Below are positions 61,981 through 64,000 of a DNA stretch of 64,000 nucleotides, piece by piece. The notes below the pieces were generated by a model. It saw only the letters and a list, made by a program, of their open reading frames with translations. It was not told the origin of the DNA and searched no databases. The DNA comes from an uncultured Bacillota bacterium (GTDB lineage: Bacteria > Bacillota_I > Bacilli_A > RF39 > UBA660): contig CAMBIR010000001.1 of NCBI GenBank assembly GCA_945867665.1, forward strand, positions 30,168 to 94,167. The letters are read 5' to 3'. The position numbers were made by a program, and so were the translations under genes. Position 1 is the stretch's first letter. Each line of letters opens with the position of its first letter.

Positions 61981-64000
61981 TTATAAATTTTTTACTTTTT
62001 TGGGTGTTCTTTTTTTTGGTAATATTTTTTCTTCGGCAAATTGAATGACATCATTAATGTTTTCTGTATAATTGGTCATTCCTGTTTTGTTTTCAATTAA
62101 TTCTCTATATTTTGGAAACCTTGAATCTAGGCAGCTGATGATTCCGACATCTTTACTATCACGTATTAATCTACCTGCGGCTTGCGTAAACTTGGTTAGC
62201 ATACTAGGAATATAGACTTCGTTAAATTTTTCTAAGTCATCAGCATATTTGCTGGCTTTATATTGAATTACAGGTTCTACGACATCAAAAGGAAGATGGG
62301 TAATGATTAAATTGCTTAATGATTTTCCTTTGATATCTATTCCTTCCCAGAAGGCTCCAGTTGCAAAAAGACAGGAGTTTTGGTTTTCTTGGAACTGTTG
62401 TTTCACTTCATTGGTATTTGTGTTATTTTGCAGTAAAATAGGAAAATCGTAACCTTCTTCTAATAATAAGTTATAAGTATCATTCATACATTTTTTGGAA
62501 GTGAAAAGAACTAATGCTTTACCATCTGTGGTGCGAATTAACCTATTAATCTCGTAAGCTAAGTCAACAATATATTGATTGTAATTATTAGGAACAGAAA
62601 TATTGGGATTACAGTAAAATAAAGTATTTTTTTTATAATTGTAGGGAGAAGGATAACTTGCTCCTAGTGTAATGGATTGAGATTTATCTCCTTCTAAGTC
62701 AATTCCTTCCATGAAGTATTTATAACTATCTTTATTATCAAGCAGAGTTCCTGAAGTGTAGACGATAGGTATTTGTCGATTAAGCATTCCTTTAGTAATA
62801 TCGAAATTTCTTTTTGGAGTGTAATGCAGGGTAATTTTATTGGTTTGAAAGAAATCTACCCAATAGATGTTTTTGCTACCATAATTCTTTTGTTTGGGGT
62901 TATTTTTCTTCATGTCTAGGAAGATGTTTGTTATGATATTTAATTTTTCTATTTCTTTTAATCGAAGGGTGGTTTGATATTTTCTTTCATAATCATGAAT
63001 ATCACTATATAATTTTTTTAGGTTGATAATAATTTTATCTAGGTAAGCCATGATGGTTTTGTTATAAGTAAAAGATACTCTTTCACAATCTGTGATGGCT
63101 GTTATAGATTGATTTTTCTTGTTATTTATAGTGAAGTTACGGCTAGAGCTGCTTCTGATTGATGAAAATAATTGTTCGATATCTTTCTTTAATTGATTAA
63201 TATAATCCTCTTCTTTTGTTTCATCGTTTCTTGAAATTACCATGTTATCACTATAAAATGTGCCAATTACGGTGTAAATTTGATTGATGGTTTTCTTGAT
63301 ATCATTTAATTCTAGCGTTCTTTCTCTTACGGTACGCATATTATTTTCTAATTGATGTGCCTCATCAAAGATAAACATATCGGCATTTCTAGTGATGTCT
63401 CCATCTTCAAGGAAATCTTTTATAAAATTGGCTTGGTTTGTGATAATTAAGTTGCTATGAAGCCATTTCTTTTGATTTTTAAAATAAGGACATCTTCTAG
63501 AATAATTACAGTTACTACATTTACCACGTGATGTTAGTTTGACTTTTTCCCAAATGGTGTTGCTCACTTCTTGTAATTCTTCTTTATCACTTGAAGAAAG
63601 GTGCAGCATTTCTTTTTCTAAATGTTCTAATGTTTGTCTTTCTTCAGAGGAAAGATTTGTTTTTGTCTCTTGTTCTCTTATTCTTCTTAAGCAAGCATAG
63701 TTGTTGACTCCTTTAGCAATACTTACTTCAAGGTTTATTCCTAACATTTCTGATACCTTTTTTGCTTCTTTTAAGAGTTGTTGTTGTAAGGCAATACTTG
63801 GTGTAGAGATGATTACTTTTTTAAAATTATTGACGTCATTTTGTGTATAGAATACGGGAATTAGGTAACCAAAACTTTTTCCTATTCCTACTCCTGCTTC
63901 AATTAAAAGAATTTGTTTATCACGAATGGCTTTCATAATAGAGATGGCATAACTTTCTTGTTCTTTTCGGTAAGTAATTCCTTTTAAAGTAGTATCTAAA
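61981..64000 (-). CDS. dinG: DinG/XPD/Rad3-family ATP-dependent DNA helicase with Fe-S cluster domain; N-terminus beyond window end
   Basis: Walker A EAGVGIGKSFGYLIP and DEAH box IFDEAHQLEN. Four-Cys cluster CSNC...C (Fe-S domain). C-terminal helicase motifs. The frame stays open upstream of the listed Met to the window edge (...YRKEQESYAISIMKAI), so the true start lies past position 64000. Confidence 0.7.
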   Translation of the reverse strand, partial: LDTTLKGITYRKEQESYAISIMKAIRDKQILLIEAGVGIGKSFGYLIPVFYTQNDVNNFKKVIISTPSIALQQQLLKEAKKVSEMLGINLEVSIAKGVNNYACLRRIREQETKTNLSSEERQTLEHLEKEMLHLSSSDKEELQEVSNTIWEKVKLTSRGKCSNCNYSRRCPYFKNQKKWLHSNLIITNQANFIKDFLEDGDITRNADMFIFDEAHQLENNMRTVRERTLELNDIKKTINQIYTVIGTFYSDNMVISRNDETKEEDYINQLKKDIEQLFSSIRSSSSRNFTINNKKNQSITAITDCERVSFTYNKTIMAYLDKIIINLKKLYSDIHDYERKYQTTLRLKEIEKLNIITNIFLDMKKNNPKQKNYGSKNIYWVDFFQTNKITLHYTPKRNFDITKGMLNRQIPIVYTSGTLLDNKDSYKYFMEGIDLEGDKSQSITLGASYPSPYNYKKNTLFYCNPNISVPNNYNQYIVDLAYEINRLIRTTDGKALVLFTSKKCMNDTYNLLLEEGYDFPILLQNNTNTNEVKQQFQENQNSCLFATGAFWEGIDIKGKSLSNLIITHLPFDVVEPVIQYKASKYADDLEKFNEVYIPSMLTKFTQAAGRLIRDSKDVGIISCLDSRFPKYRELIENKTGMTNYTENINDVIQFAEEKILPKKRTPKKVKNL

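Overview
This is a low-GC (~28-30%) bacterial chromosome segment with Firmicutes-type genes. It uses the standard genetic code: TGA/TAA/TAG close long ORFs, and the Trp residues I checked are TGG. My guess is a spore-forming Erysipelotrichia- or Clostridia-like lineage with a somewhat reduced genome, based on a spoVID-like/ysxE-like pair, an Amidase_3 gene and a short 992-aa SMC.

Most of the window is housekeeping. On the + strand: a miaA 3' end, mnmA and cysE. On the - strand: mutS, tig, greA, murD, a ClpX-like gene, aspS with an Asp T-box leader, archaeal-type proS, a phosphohexomutase, uvsE, pyk, gpmI, ligA, tRNA-His, trmK, sigA(rpoD), dnaG, queA, smc, uvrC and a DinG-like helicase that runs off the window end.

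Two accessory regions stand out.

(1) 20580-26186: a ~5.6-kb integrative element. It carries a large serine recombinase and a complete DpnII/MboI-family GATC restriction-modification cassette (Dam-like MTase, DpnA-like MTase, DpnII-family endonuclease, and an extra 120-aa ORF between the second MTase and the REase). It has 15-bp terminal inverted repeats and a 6-bp ATCCCC core at both junctions. It is inserted in frame into the first LysM repeat of an Amidase_3-4xLysM cell-wall hydrolase gene. Deleting 5607 bp in silico restores that gene.

(2) 39810-45611: an orphan pilin locus. It has a small ComGC-like prepilin and two tandem, very large (834 and 747 aa) prepilin-leader proteins with Listeria-Bacteroides-type repeats and Cys-rich C-termini. 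The two genes share a 100%-identical 1.28-kb block offset by 2541 bp, and no pilus-assembly genes are in the window.

Four smaller items: a tandem repeat/palindrome array in the 820-bp mutS 3' intergenic region; a ClpX homolog lacking the zinc-binding N-domain; a candidate small RNA at 61.8 kb with its own promoter and terminator; and a small secreted-peptide ORF next to smc.
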